Assembly: GCA_047601445.1 (NCBI GenBank)
Contig: JASGJH010000001.1
Location: 3,904,001 to 3,968,000, forward strand
DNA length: 64,000 bases
Direction of reading: 5' to 3'
Source of the DNA: Myxococcales bacterium
Lineage (GTDB): Bacteria; Myxococcota_A; Polyangia; Polyangiales; DASUME01
Under the pieces are notes generated by a model. The model saw nothing but the letters and a program-made list of their open reading frames with translations. It searched no databases and was not told where the DNA came from. Positions 29,457-39,355 of the stretch are shown in pieces. The stretch's first letter is position 1. Each line of letters begins with the position of its first letter. A program made the translations under genes and the position numbers.

Positions 29457-29912
29457 CTAGTCGAGATGAACCGTAAGCACCGGCACGTTCGCCTCGCGCA
29501 CGACGTGTTCGGCGACGCTGCCCAAGACGAGGCGGCGAATGCCCGTGCGACCGTGGGTGCTCATGACGAGCATGCAACCAGGTGTCGCCTTGCCGTGCTC
29601 CACGATGGCGTGGGCTGGATCGCCTTCGATCAAGCAAGTGCTCACGCGCAGCCCCGCATCGACCAGCCGGGCGCGCACGTCGTTCAAGTACGTCTGAGCC
29701 TCACCCTTCAGGTTCTCGATGTAGTCGAGGGTTTCGTCTTCCTTCGGAATCTTGAACGCGGACAGCTGGTAGACGTGCAGGAGCTCGACGTCGGCTCCCA
29801 GTGCCCGTGCAAGCTCGACTGCCCGGGTAAGCGCCGATTCCGCCACGGTGGACGCATCGAGGGGACACACGAGCTTGGTGATGGGTTGCGTGGTCGAATG
29901 CAGGCCGATCAT
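29457..29912 (-). CDS. Universal stress protein
   Basis: LVCPLDAS, MSTHGRTG...LGSVAEHVVR..PVLTV. Confidence 0.92.
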   Translation of the reverse strand: MIGLHSTTQPITKLVCPLDASTVAESALTRAVELARALGADVELLHVYQLSAFKIPKEDETLDYIENLKGEAQTYLNDVRARLVDAGLRVSTCLIEGDPAHAIVEHGKATPGCMLVMSTHGRTGIRRLVLGSVAEHVVREANVPVLTVHLD

Positions 29913-29924
29913 GCCGAATTGCGC

Positions 29925-29940
29925 TGCAAAACTCGAGCCA
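29925..29940 (-). promoter_or_regulatory. Putative sigma54 promoter of usp-E2-ATPase
   Basis: TGGCTCG-AGTT-TTGCA. Confidence 0.6.
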
Positions 29941-29993
29941 CACCCTCGTCAGTTCGGCCGAACTCCGCGATTGCTCATTGTGCTGCGCCGCGC

Positions 29994-31373
29994 CTACAGC
30001 TGAAACGCGAGCGTAAGCAACAAGCCCTCGGCCAGATCTTGGGCAAAGGTCGGCGGAACCGGCACGAATGCCGTGGCGTCGGCGCGCAGTGCTTCCATCC
30101 AGGTGGCGAGCCAGCGCACGTCTTGCGCCGAGAAGAACACGCAGGAGGCCTCGTGGTTCACGAGCAAGCTGCGCAAGTCCAGGTTCGTCGAACCGCAGAG
30201 CGCCATGGAGTCGTCCACCACGAACGCCTTGGCGTGCATCATGTACGGCACGAACTGGACGTCCACCCCCGCTTCCGCCAGCGCTCGCAACGGCCGCCGG
30301 CGCGCCCAGTCCGCCAACGAATGGTTCGATTTCAATGGCATGAAGAGGCTCACCCGAACCCCTCGACGGGCAGCCAAACGCAGGGCCATCTCCAGGCCAT
30401 CCCCGGGCACGAAGTAGGGCGTCGCCGCGATGATGCGACGCTCGGCGCGATAGCAGGCATCGATGAGCACGGCCTGGATGGTGTCTTCTTCCTGGTCGGG
30501 TCCGCTGGGCAAGAACTGCACTCGGCTCTCGTCGGGATGAGCGGGCTTCACGGCAGTCTCCACAGCGTTCGCTGGCCCGCCCTGCTTGCCGCCCGAGGCC
30601 ACCCAATCGGCTTCGAACTGCCGGGCGGCCTCCGACGCAATGGGCCCGGTCGCCTCGAACGAGAGGTCACGCCACGCCGGCCCCGCCGGCGTATCCACGA
30701 AGTACTCGGCTGCGAGGTTTCGCCCGCCAGACCACAACGTTCGCCGGTCGGCGATGGTGAACTTGCGATGATTGCGCAGGTTCTTCCCGGTACGCGAGCC
30801 GAGCCGCCAAAATGGGCTGAAGATGCGCACGTTGCCGCCGGCCGCCCGGAGCGCCCTGAGGGCGGCCTTGGGAGCCTGCAGCGCACCCATGCCGTCCAAA
30901 AGCAGACGCACCTCCACCCCGGCCCGCACGCGTTCGGTCAAGAGCGCCAGCATGTCGCACCCAATCGCGTCGTCGCCCACGATCAGCGTGGCCACTTCGA
31001 GACGCCGCTCGGCGGCTTGGACCACGTCACGCCAAGCCTGCATCGCCTCCGCACCATCTCGATGAAAGCGCACCGTTGCGCTCGTGGCAGGCGCCAGACC
31101 GAAGCTCACGATCAGGCGCTCGGCCCAGTGCGCCCCCTCTGGTAGGACGCAACGCCGGCGCGCCCCCGGACGCGGCATCTTGCGCGCACCGAAGACCAAG
31201 TACGCTGGGACCACCACGTAGGGCAGCGCCACGATCCCGAGCACCCAGGCCACCGCAGAGGCGGGCGGACGTCGCTCTCGCCTCGCGCGCGCCGATAGAA
31301 CGTACAGCAAGAGGCCGAACGCCACCGCGAGTAAATGGAGCGTGAATCCGTGGGAAAGCCGTTCGAACTGCAT
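29994..31373 (-). CDS. cls: Cardiolipin synthase / phospholipase D family
   Basis: Two N-terminal TMs; HKD motifs RNHRKFTIAD and MHAKAFVVD; TPYFVP. Confidence 0.88.
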   Translation of the reverse strand: MQFERLSHGFTLHLLAVAFGLLLYVLSARARRERRPPASAVAWVLGIVALPYVVVPAYLVFGARKMPRPGARRRCVLPEGAHWAERLIVSFGLAPATSATVRFHRDGAEAMQAWRDVVQAAERRLEVATLIVGDDAIGCDMLALLTERVRAGVEVRLLLDGMGALQAPKAALRALRAAGGNVRIFSPFWRLGSRTGKNLRNHRKFTIADRRTLWSGGRNLAAEYFVDTPAGPAWRDLSFEATGPIASEAARQFEADWVASGGKQGGPANAVETAVKPAHPDESRVQFLPSGPDQEEDTIQAVLIDACYRAERRIIAATPYFVPGDGLEMALRLAARRGVRVSLFMPLKSNHSLADWARRRPLRALAEAGVDVQFVPYMMHAKAFVVDDSMALCGSTNLDLRSLLVNHEASCVFFSAQDVRWLATWMEALRADATAFVPVPPTFAQDLAEGLLLTLAFQL

Positions 31374-31642
31374 CGCGATCGTAGAGCGTAGCTCGCGCGG
31401 GCAGCAGGGCCCATCACGTTTGGCCGCACGCGAGGTTGGCTGGGACGGCCAGATCATCAGGCGCGGGTTAGACGTCATCGTGGCACTCCGTTCGAGCGTT
31501 GGAGCCGACGGTCCCGCGAAAGGATTCCGCCGCTGCCCGGTCTCGAAAGAAATCCGACGCGCCTCCGAATCCTTGTGGCGCCCCGCCAGCTCTCACGGTC
31601 GATGACGAACATGATCGACGCCTTGCCAGGGCTAGTGCCGCC

Positions 31643-32833
31643 ATGACCTGGGTCATCGTCGGCGCGAGCACAGCGATCGGGGCGCTGCTGGCCATTCTGG
31701 GTGGCGGTGGATCGGTGCTTACCGTCCCGCTGTTGGTCTACGGCCTCGGGCGCTCCCCCGCGCGAGCCGTGCCCATCTCTCTCTTCGTGGTCGCGGTCGC
31801 GAGCGCGTTGGGACTCGCATTCCATGCCCGAGCAGGGCGCGTTTGCATTCGCACGGGTCTCACCTTCGGCGCGAGCTCCATGCTGAGCGCCTACGCTGCG
31901 GGCGCCATGAGTGCTCGGCTACCTGGCTCCCTCACGATGGCCCTGTTCGGCGGACTCATGCTGGTTGTGAGCACGCGCATGTTGCGACCGACAAAGGCGC
32001 CCCGCGACGCGATCGGCGAACATGGGAAGCCGCATGACGTCCGCACGCTGCTCGTGGGGCTCGCGGTGGGCGTGCTGACCGGACTCCTGGGGGCTGGCGG
32101 TGGCTTCGTGGTCGTGCCCGCGCTGGTCCTGCGCGCAGGCTTGCCCATGGAGCGGGCGGTGGCGACCTCGCTCCTGGTCATCCTCATGCAATCGCTGTCG
32201 GGCCTGCTCGGACATGTAGCCCACGGCAGCGTGATCGATTGGCAGCTCGCCTCGCTGTTGGCCGTGGCAAGTGGCCTGGGCAGCCTCGTGAGTAGCAAGT
32301 TGTTCAGCCGCGTGGATGCTCACACGCTGCGCCGAGCGTTCGCCGCCATGCTCCTCGTGGCCGGCCTGGTGATCGTGGGGATCCAGCTGGGACCATGGAT
32401 TTCCCACCTGCCGTATCCTGCCGTACTGCGTCCACTGGGCGGCGGAATCCTGCTCGGATCGGCGGCCGGGCTCTTGTGGATCACGAACGGGCGCATCGCG
32501 GGCATCAGCGGTATCGCGGGAGGCATGTTCGCGACCTCGCGCGCAGAGGTGTGGTGGAGAGCTTTTTTCATCATGGGCATGCTCTGCGGCGGACTCACCA
32601 TGCATCGGTTGTCGCCGCGAGCCTTCCAGGCGCCTGCCCTCGATTGGCTCTCGATCGTCGCCGCGGGCTTGCTCGTGGGTGTGGGCACGTCGCTGGCCAA
32701 CGGCTGCACCAGCGGCCACGGCGTGTGCGGGGTGACGCGCCTTTCGTTGCGCTCCTTGATCGCGACCGCGGTCTTCATCGCCGCAGGCGTGGGCTCGACC
32801 TTCCTCTTTCACCACGTGCTGGGAGCTTCATGA
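31643..32833 (+). CDS. Fusion of a TauE/SafE sulfite exporter and a YeeE/YedE (PmpA-like) sulfur transporter
   Basis: GGGGSVLTVP and GAGGGFVVVP (TauE), then NGRIAGISG and GCTSGHGVCG (YeeE) in one frame. Confidence 0.85.
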   Translation: MTWVIVGASTAIGALLAILGGGGSVLTVPLLVYGLGRSPARAVPISLFVVAVASALGLAFHARAGRVCIRTGLTFGASSMLSAYAAGAMSARLPGSLTMALFGGLMLVVSTRMLRPTKAPRDAIGEHGKPHDVRTLLVGLAVGVLTGLLGAGGGFVVVPALVLRAGLPMERAVATSLLVILMQSLSGLLGHVAHGSVIDWQLASLLAVASGLGSLVSSKLFSRVDAHTLRRAFAAMLLVAGLVIVGIQLGPWISHLPYPAVLRPLGGGILLGSAAGLLWITNGRIAGISGIAGGMFATSRAEVWWRAFFIMGMLCGGLTMHRLSPRAFQAPALDWLSIVAAGLLVGVGTSLANGCTSGHGVCGVTRLSLRSLIATAVFIAAGVGSTFLFHHVLGAS

Positions 32834-33288
32834 CTAAAGCCCTGCTATCCGCCTTCGCCTCGGGTCTGCTGTTCGCCCTCGGGCTCGCCTGGTCGGGTAT
32901 GACCGACACGCGCAACGTGCTCGCCTTCCTCGACGTGAGTGGTACCTGGAATCCCAGCTTGCTTTACGTGATGTTGGGGGCGATCGCGGCCTACGCCAGC
33001 TTCTTCTGGCCAAGCCGTCGCTTGTTGGCTGCGCCGGTGCTGACCTCGCGTTTTGTGATGCCGGATCGGCGCGCCATCGACGTCCCCTTGTTCACCGGGT
33101 CCGCGCTGTTCGGTGTGGGCTGGGGAATCGCTGGCTACTGCCCGGGTCCGGCGCTCGCATCGCTGCCGACCGCCAGCTGGCAGGCGCTGGCCTTCACGGG
33201 TGCCATGATGGCAGGCTTGGGAGTGACGAGGTTGCTAAGTGCGAAACAGCTCCGACGAAGAGCTGCTCAAGCGGTCGCAGTCCGGTGA
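32830..33288 (+). CDS. YeeE/YedE (PmpB-like) membrane protein
   Basis: GLLFALGL..SGM....V.AFLD, FGVGWG..GYCPGP; ATGA coupling. Confidence 0.88.
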   Translation: MTKALLSAFASGLLFALGLAWSGMTDTRNVLAFLDVSGTWNPSLLYVMLGAIAAYASFFWPSRRLLAAPVLTSRFVMPDRRAIDVPLFTGSALFGVGWGIAGYCPGPALASLPTASWQALAFTGAMMAGLGVTRLLSAKQLRRRAAQAVAVR

Positions 33289-34054
33289 CTCGGAAGCACT
33301 GGAGCTCCTGCTCGGGCGCCTGCGTGACCAGATCTATCGCTTCGGGCTGAAGATGTGCGGCGACTCGGAGGACGCAAAAGACGTGCTCCAGGAGACCATG
33401 CTGTCCGTGGCGCGCAATATTGGCAGCTTCCGCGGCGACTCGAGCCTCTCGACCTGGCTCTACCGCATCGCCCACAGCTTCTGCGTGAAGCATCGGCACA
33501 AGCTTCGCGATCGCCCGCCTTCGCTCGCAGCGTCCATGCTCGCCGAGACCAAGCCGGTGGACCGGCCCGACGACTCCCTAGATCAACGCGAACTGCAAGC
33601 GGAGCTCACGGCGGCCGTACACGAGCTCGAGCCCATGTATCGCGAAGTATTGGTCTTGCGCGACATGGAAGGTCTGAGTGCGCCCGAAGTGGCCGAGGTT
33701 CTCGGCATCGGCGTCCCCGCCGTGAAGAGTCGCCTCCATCGAGCCCGCCTTGCCGTGCGCAATCGACTCGGCGCCTACCTCGACACCTTGCCCGGCCCCG
33801 CCGTGCGCACAGAGCCGACACCGAACTGTCCGGACGTTTTGGATCTCTTCTCACGCCACCTCGAGGGCGACGTCCCCCCCGACCTATGTCGACAGCTCGA
33901 AGCCCACGTCGGAGCCTGCGCGTCGTGCCGCGCAAAGTGCGACTCGCTCAAGAAGACCTTGGCCCTGTGTCGGAGCGTCCCGGAGGCCGAGGTCCCCGCG
34001 GAGATCCAGGCTTCGATCCGCGAGGCACTTCACGAACTTCGCGGAACGGACTAA
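33239..34054 (+). CDS. ECF sigma factor with a fused C-terminal zf-HC2 (ZAS) domain
   Basis: Region 2 EDAKDVLQET..FRGDSSLSTWLYRIA; region 4 EVAEVLGI..VKSRLHRAR; tail HVGACASC. Confidence 0.9.
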   Translation: MRNSSDEELLKRSQSGDSEALELLLGRLRDQIYRFGLKMCGDSEDAKDVLQETMLSVARNIGSFRGDSSLSTWLYRIAHSFCVKHRHKLRDRPPSLAASMLAETKPVDRPDDSLDQRELQAELTAAVHELEPMYREVLVLRDMEGLSAPEVAEVLGIGVPAVKSRLHRARLAVRNRLGAYLDTLPGPAVRTEPTPNCPDVLDLFSRHLEGDVPPDLCRQLEAHVGACASCRAKCDSLKKTLALCRSVPEAEVPAEIQASIREALHELRGTD

Positions 34055-34189
34055 GCGCTCTCGCGGGCTTCACCCCGGCTTGGAGGGGACGACCTGGGGC
34101 CGCGACGCGCGGGTGGTGATAGGATCGCGCGCCCTGACATCTCGCCGTCCTGGTCGACACGAGATCCTCATGCGCTGCGAGGAGTTTCT

Positions 34190-35869
34190 GTGAAGAGCCT
34201 GCCTATCGTCGGACTCGCGTCCCTCTTGCTCGTCGGTTGCTTGGACTCCGAGTTCGGCGCAGGGCACCAGGGCGGTCCTCTGGTTCCACCCCATGGTCGT
34301 CGGACCCATCCCCACGGCCACCCACCGGCTCCCAGCGACGGAGACCATCACCAGGGTCATGATGCAGGGCACGCGAGCGGACTCGACGGCGGGTTCGGCT
34401 GCTCCCCCGAGTCCGATGCTGGCGTGCCGCATATGGACGCGAGTGCGCACGACGCCGCCGCGCCGCACGGGGACGCGGGTGCACGCGACGCAGGTGGCGA
34501 GGCCGACGCCTCGACTCCCGAGGAGGACGGCGGCAGCGGTTGCGGTTTCGTTCCGTCGTGGGACGCCGATGCAGGTGCCCTATCTGCTACGTGGGGGTCG
34601 CCTCGAACCATCGAGCGCAATCCGGCCCAGGGCGACCCAAGCGATTTCGCCCCTCAAGTGGCACTGCGGCCCAACGGCGACGGCATGATCGTCTTCTATG
34701 GTGCCAACAACCAGTACCAAGAGGGGATCTGGGCCAGCCACTATGTGCGATCGACGAACGCCCTCTCGGCGCCGGTTCGCGTCGACGACGCAGCCACGCG
34801 CGGAGTCAATCCCCTCATCGCCATCGATGACTGTGGGAACGCCGTCGTGCTGTGGAACACACTCTCGTCGACCAATATTTTGATCCGACGCTATCGCGCC
34901 GGCCACGGGTGGCAGCAGATCGAACCGGTCGTGACCCTCGAGCCCGGCAGGGCTCAGATCACCATGTTCGCGCTCGCGGGTTCCCCGCAGGGCGACTTTG
35001 CAGCGGCATGGAGCGCGTGGAGTCACGAGAGCGACGGCGGGTATCCCGCATTTGCTCGATTCCTCCAACCAAATGAGGGCTTCGGCCCCGTCATCGATTT
35101 ATCTGGCCCCGACCGCTACGCCACCATCGCCGCCGTGGCTGTGGGCCGCGTGGCCTCCAAACTGCGGCTCGCGGCGAGCTGGACCCAGAGCACCGGCTCC
35201 TCACTCCAGGCAAGGGCAAGCATCGTTGAAGTCGACGGCCCCCTAGGCGCCCCCACCGTCATCTCCGATCAGGCCGTGGACCAAAGCGCACTCGCGGACG
35301 ACATCGCCATGGACAGCGCGGGCAACGTGTTTGCCACCGCCATGGGGCGAGGCAGCCGGGACGACCGAGTGAGCGTCAGGCAATTCGTGAATCAGACCTG
35401 GTCCGCGACCCAGACCTTGAGTGGACCCGGCGAGATCCAAGTGCGTCGCCCTTCCCTCTCGGTCACACCTGGCGGTCACGCGATGGTGGCCTGGGCGGAG
35501 TGCTGGTCGGATTGCTCGATCTGGTCGAGCACCTTCTCGAACGGCCATTGGGCAGTGCGCACCGAAATCCCCGCCCCCAAGAGCAACACGGGAGAGGCTC
35601 CTCGGGTACGCCTGCTCGATGACGGTCGCGCGCTCGTCATGTGGGGCGGCTTCCTCAACTACAAGGAGTCCGTGTACGCGAGCGAGTTCCGACCCGGGAG
35701 CGGCTGGGCAACGGGGCACTTGCTAGAAAGCGAGGACGACAAGGGCAATGGCGCGGTGATCGATCTCGACTTCAGCGCGGCTGGGACCGGCGTGGGAGTT
35801 TGGGTCCACGAGGTCGCGGGCGACGCCGGCTCCTACGCCCGCACCATCCAGACCGCGGTGTACCGCTAA
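34190..35869 (+). CDS. Lipoprotein with a His-rich linker and a repeated beta-rich (propeller-like) domain
   Basis: Lipobox LVGC; His-rich stretch; repeated 'P.(V/I)A(I/L)D..G.A.V.W' units. Confidence 0.75.
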   Translation: MKSLPIVGLASLLLVGCLDSEFGAGHQGGPLVPPHGRRTHPHGHPPAPSDGDHHQGHDAGHASGLDGGFGCSPESDAGVPHMDASAHDAAAPHGDAGARDAGGEADASTPEEDGGSGCGFVPSWDADAGALSATWGSPRTIERNPAQGDPSDFAPQVALRPNGDGMIVFYGANNQYQEGIWASHYVRSTNALSAPVRVDDAATRGVNPLIAIDDCGNAVVLWNTLSSTNILIRRYRAGHGWQQIEPVVTLEPGRAQITMFALAGSPQGDFAAAWSAWSHESDGGYPAFARFLQPNEGFGPVIDLSGPDRYATIAAVAVGRVASKLRLAASWTQSTGSSLQARASIVEVDGPLGAPTVISDQAVDQSALADDIAMDSAGNVFATAMGRGSRDDRVSVRQFVNQTWSATQTLSGPGEIQVRRPSLSVTPGGHAMVAWAECWSDCSIWSSTFSNGHWAVRTEIPAPKSNTGEAPRVRLLDDGRALVMWGGFLNYKESVYASEFRPGSGWATGHLLESEDDKGNGAVIDLDFSAAGTGVGVWVHEVAGDAGSYARTIQTAVYR

Positions 35870-35942
35870 CCAGATTTCACCTCCGCCTTCCAAAACCATT
35901 CGAGCCGCCGCCCTCCCCATGCGATAACCCGGGCCACCTTCC

Positions 35943-37142
35943 ATGGCCCTATTCCGCACGGCACGCATCGAACCCGCCGGTCGTTTTCGCGAGACGTTCG
36001 CGCCCGTGGTGGCTGAACTCGGTCGACAACTGACGCAGGCGCCGGGGACCGGCGGGGCAGTCTGCATCTATCACCGTGGTCAACCCGTGGTGGACGTGTG
36101 GGGCGGCACGCGCAACGCAGCACAGGATCCCTGGCAAGAAGACACGCTGGTGATGGCGTTCTCCACGGGCAAGGCCGTAGCGGCCACCCTGCTGCACACG
36201 CTCATCGACTCCGGGCTCGCGGACTATGATGATCCGGTGGCGCGCCACTGGCCCGAGTTCGCGAGCGCGGGCAAAGGCGAGATCACCATTCGGCAGGCGA
36301 TCTCGCACCGCGCCGGGCTGTACCGCCTGAGCGACATGATCGACGACTTCTGGCAGGTGCTGGATTTCGAGGTCATGGCACGCCGCCTGGCGCAGGCGCG
36401 GCCTGCACATCGCGCGGGCAAGCACGCCGGCTACCACGGCATCTCGTTCAGCTGGTTGGTGGGTGAGCTGCTGCAGCGTCTGAGCAAGCAATCCGTGGCG
36501 GCCCTCCTCGAGGAACGCCTGGTGCGCAAGCTCGGACTCGATGGCGCGTACTTCGGCTTGCCCGAGCACGAGTTCGCGCGCTGTGCCGAGCTGGTCTCAC
36601 CACTCGAGCCTCTCACGCTGCAGCATCACGCCCTGGGTGCGGTCGCCCCACTGGTACGCGGCGTGAGCGCAGGGCTCGTGCGGCTGGACGAACTGCGCGC
36701 AGCGCTCGTGCTGCCCGCGTCGACCGGCCTGTCCTGGAACGACCCTCGCCTGCGTCGCGCCTGCATCCCCTCGTCCACGGGCGTGTTCACTGCGCGCTCC
36801 TTGGCCCGCATGTACGCCGCACTGCTCGACGGCAGCCTACTCTCCCCGCGCACGCTGGCAGAGCTTGGTACCCTCCAATCGCGCTCCCTCGACCGCGTCA
36901 CCAACGTCATGCAGGAATGGCGGCTGGGCTACCACGGCATGCAGGTCCGTGGGCGCTTCGTACCAGGTGTGTTCGGACACTGCGGCTTTCGCGGTACCGG
37001 TGCCTTCGTGGATCCGACGCGTGAGTTGAGCTTCGCCTATCTACACAACGCCAAGGCAGGCATGCATCCGCTGGGCGGTGGACGTTTTCAAACCATGGTC
37101 GAGCTCGCCCTCGCCAGCGCCGATCGAGCGGCACGCGCCTGA
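35943..37142 (+). CDS. Beta-lactamase-family serine hydrolase/esterase
   Basis: SxxK (FSTGK), DDPVARHWPEF, GYHG, FGHCG. Confidence 0.9.
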   Translation: MALFRTARIEPAGRFRETFAPVVAELGRQLTQAPGTGGAVCIYHRGQPVVDVWGGTRNAAQDPWQEDTLVMAFSTGKAVAATLLHTLIDSGLADYDDPVARHWPEFASAGKGEITIRQAISHRAGLYRLSDMIDDFWQVLDFEVMARRLAQARPAHRAGKHAGYHGISFSWLVGELLQRLSKQSVAALLEERLVRKLGLDGAYFGLPEHEFARCAELVSPLEPLTLQHHALGAVAPLVRGVSAGLVRLDELRAALVLPASTGLSWNDPRLRRACIPSSTGVFTARSLARMYAALLDGSLLSPRTLAELGTLQSRSLDRVTNVMQEWRLGYHGMQVRGRFVPGVFGHCGFRGTGAFVDPTRELSFAYLHNAKAGMHPLGGGRFQTMVELALASADRAARA

Positions 37143-37184
37143 GCTCTCCGCTCCAGGCGCTCTAGTAGGACGTCGCAGGCCTCG

Positions 37185-38283
37185 CTACGAGGGAATGCCC
37201 GCCGCGGGCAGCACCAGCTCCACGGTGGTGGCCTCGGCGCTGCTCGTGAGCCGCACATCCCCGCCGTGCGCTCGCACGATGGTGCGCACCTGGGCCAGAC
37301 TGTTCTGCAGGCGCGAGGTGGACGTGGTGAGTGTCGGATCGGCTGGCAAGAAGCAAAAGGGCACGCTACGCGGCGGGATTCTGCGGCCCGCGATCGGTGA
37401 CCGTCATCACCACCTTGCCGTCGCCCGATTGCACGAGGACCGTGAAGGTCTCGCAGCGCTTTTGAGCCACCGAAAACAGCAGGGTCAGGGCCTGCAGCAA
37501 GCGCGCCGGGTCGCCGGAGACGACGGATGCCGACGACGCCAGTTCAACCGAGTGTTCGCCATGAAGTGCGCAGTGACGCGCGACCAGCGCTTCACACAGC
37601 TGGGCCACGTCGACTTCTTGCCTCGTGAGCGCGAGCGGCTCCGCATCTCCGCGATTTGCCCGCGCGAGGTCGGCCATCGCGAGGTCGATCTGATCGACGA
37701 ACGAGGTCAGCAACGCCGCGTCGGCGGCCCCTGTTAGCTGCGCCCGGGCGAGCTCCTTGCGCACGTACTCCAGAGGCGCGACGAGCGCATCGAACCATAC
37801 CCCGCGCTGCCGCTCAGCCACGCTGCGCTCGTACTCGGACTTGCGCTGCTGCACCTGATTGTCGTGCAGCTTGATGAGCGCCGACACCTTCCCGCGCAGG
37901 ATCATGGGAGAAATCGGCTTCTCCAGGAAGTCGATGGCGCCCAGCTCGTAGGCCTTGGCCAGCAACGACGTCTCCGGCGACAGAGCGGTGATGAGCACCA
38001 CGGGCGTCGTCACTCGCTTTTGCACCAGTAGCTGGAGCGTCCCGAGCCCATCCAGGTCAGGCATCATGTAGTCGAGCAAGATCGCCGCAAACTGCTGGGT
38101 GGACGCGAGCTCCACCGCCTGCGCCCCGCTGGTGGCCGTGACCAGGTCGATACCGAGGGGCTCCAGGGCCGCCCCGAGCGCCACCAGGTTCGACGGCAAG
38201 TCGTCGACGGCGAGAATGCGTGCAGGAGCGGACTGGGGTTGGTTCGGTGCGCTAGCCGAGCTCCGCAAGACTGGCCTCCGCAA
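37185..38283 (-). CDS. Response-regulator receiver fused to a degenerate histidine-kinase-like domain, frameshifted at about 37388 in this sequence
   Basis: ILAVDD, LDYMMPDLDG, EKP; the alternate frame after DRG continues ..IVRAHGGDVRLTS..TTVELVLP to TAG at 37185. Confidence 0.75.
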
Positions 38284-38428
38284 CGAGGTGTACGAGCTTT
38301 CCAGGAATGGTCAAAACGTTCCGCGCTGCAACGATCGGCGCGCCGAGAAACATCGTTGAGCCGTGGACACGCCGGTCACTCTCGACGCCAGCGCGGGCAA
38401 TCCGAGCGCGCGGAGCCCTGCGCTCGCG

Positions 38429-39355
38429 TCACGAGAGATCGGTACGCGGAACGGTGGTCGTCCCCAACAGCTCGGAGGCTTCGATGGCGGCCGCGCGCAA
38501 CTCCAGCACGACCTTGCGGGCCTGGGCGAGATCGAGCGAGGCGACCTCCGGTTCGCTGAAGATCGGCAGCGAGAGCAGCTCCTGCACGCGAAGCAGCATG
38601 ATGGGACTGGGCGCGGCGCCGGGCGGGAACGACGACGGCAGCGCGATGGCCCGCTGGATGGTGCGCAGCTCGCGCTCCCGATCGGCGCGCAGAGCCGCTT
38701 CGAGCTCGGCGCAGCCAGCGAGCTGCTCGAGCCGCGCGAGCTGTGCTGCCACGCGCGACGAGTCGCTGATCGAGGCCTCGTCGAGGGCCGGGAGGACACG
38801 GTCGTGGGACGAGCACACCGCGCAGAACGCCTTGTGGTCACTGGCGCGTGGGAAGTCGGCCAAACGGTAGGCGCAGAGCAGCGAGAACTCGAGTGAATCC
38901 TGGGCGCGGCCCCAGGTCCGCTCGAGGTGCACGGCGTCTGCGGTCCGTCCGACGCGCGCGAGCAGACTCACCACTTCACCGAACGCGCGCACTCGACCGT
39001 TGCGGCTCGCGGCGCGGACCGAATCGAGCAGGGGCTTGACGTGCTTCTCGAGCATCGCCACGGTGGGCGGACCGCCACTGAAGAACATCGACAGCGCACG
39101 GCTGGCATCCAGGAACTTGAGGCGACCGCGCGCCAGCGCCGCGTCGGGATTGCAGCCCGAGGCCTGCAGAAAGGCGAGCAGCGCGTTCTCGTGGGCTTGA
39201 GTGACGACCGCGAGGATGCCGTCTCCGTCGACCAGGCCTTCGTGGATCCAGGCGCCCATGCGCTGCGGGTACTCATCTTCCGAGCGATAAAACTGCACGA
39301 CATGGTCGCCGTCCCGCGGCCTTGCCACGGGCGTCCTCCGAGACCGTGAATCCAC
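38429..39355 (-). CDS. MEDS sensory domain protein
   Basis: DHVVQFY, VRAFGE, LERTW, FSLLCAY, VCSSH pattern. Confidence 0.85.
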   Translation of the reverse strand: MDSRSRRTPVARPRDGDHVVQFYRSEDEYPQRMGAWIHEGLVDGDGILAVVTQAHENALLAFLQASGCNPDAALARGRLKFLDASRALSMFFSGGPPTVAMLEKHVKPLLDSVRAASRNGRVRAFGEVVSLLARVGRTADAVHLERTWGRAQDSLEFSLLCAYRLADFPRASDHKAFCAVCSSHDRVLPALDEASISDSSRVAAQLARLEQLAGCAELEAALRADRERELRTIQRAIALPSSFPPGAAPSPIMLLRVQELLSLPIFSEPEVASLDLAQARKVVLELRAAAIEASELLGTTTVPRTDLS

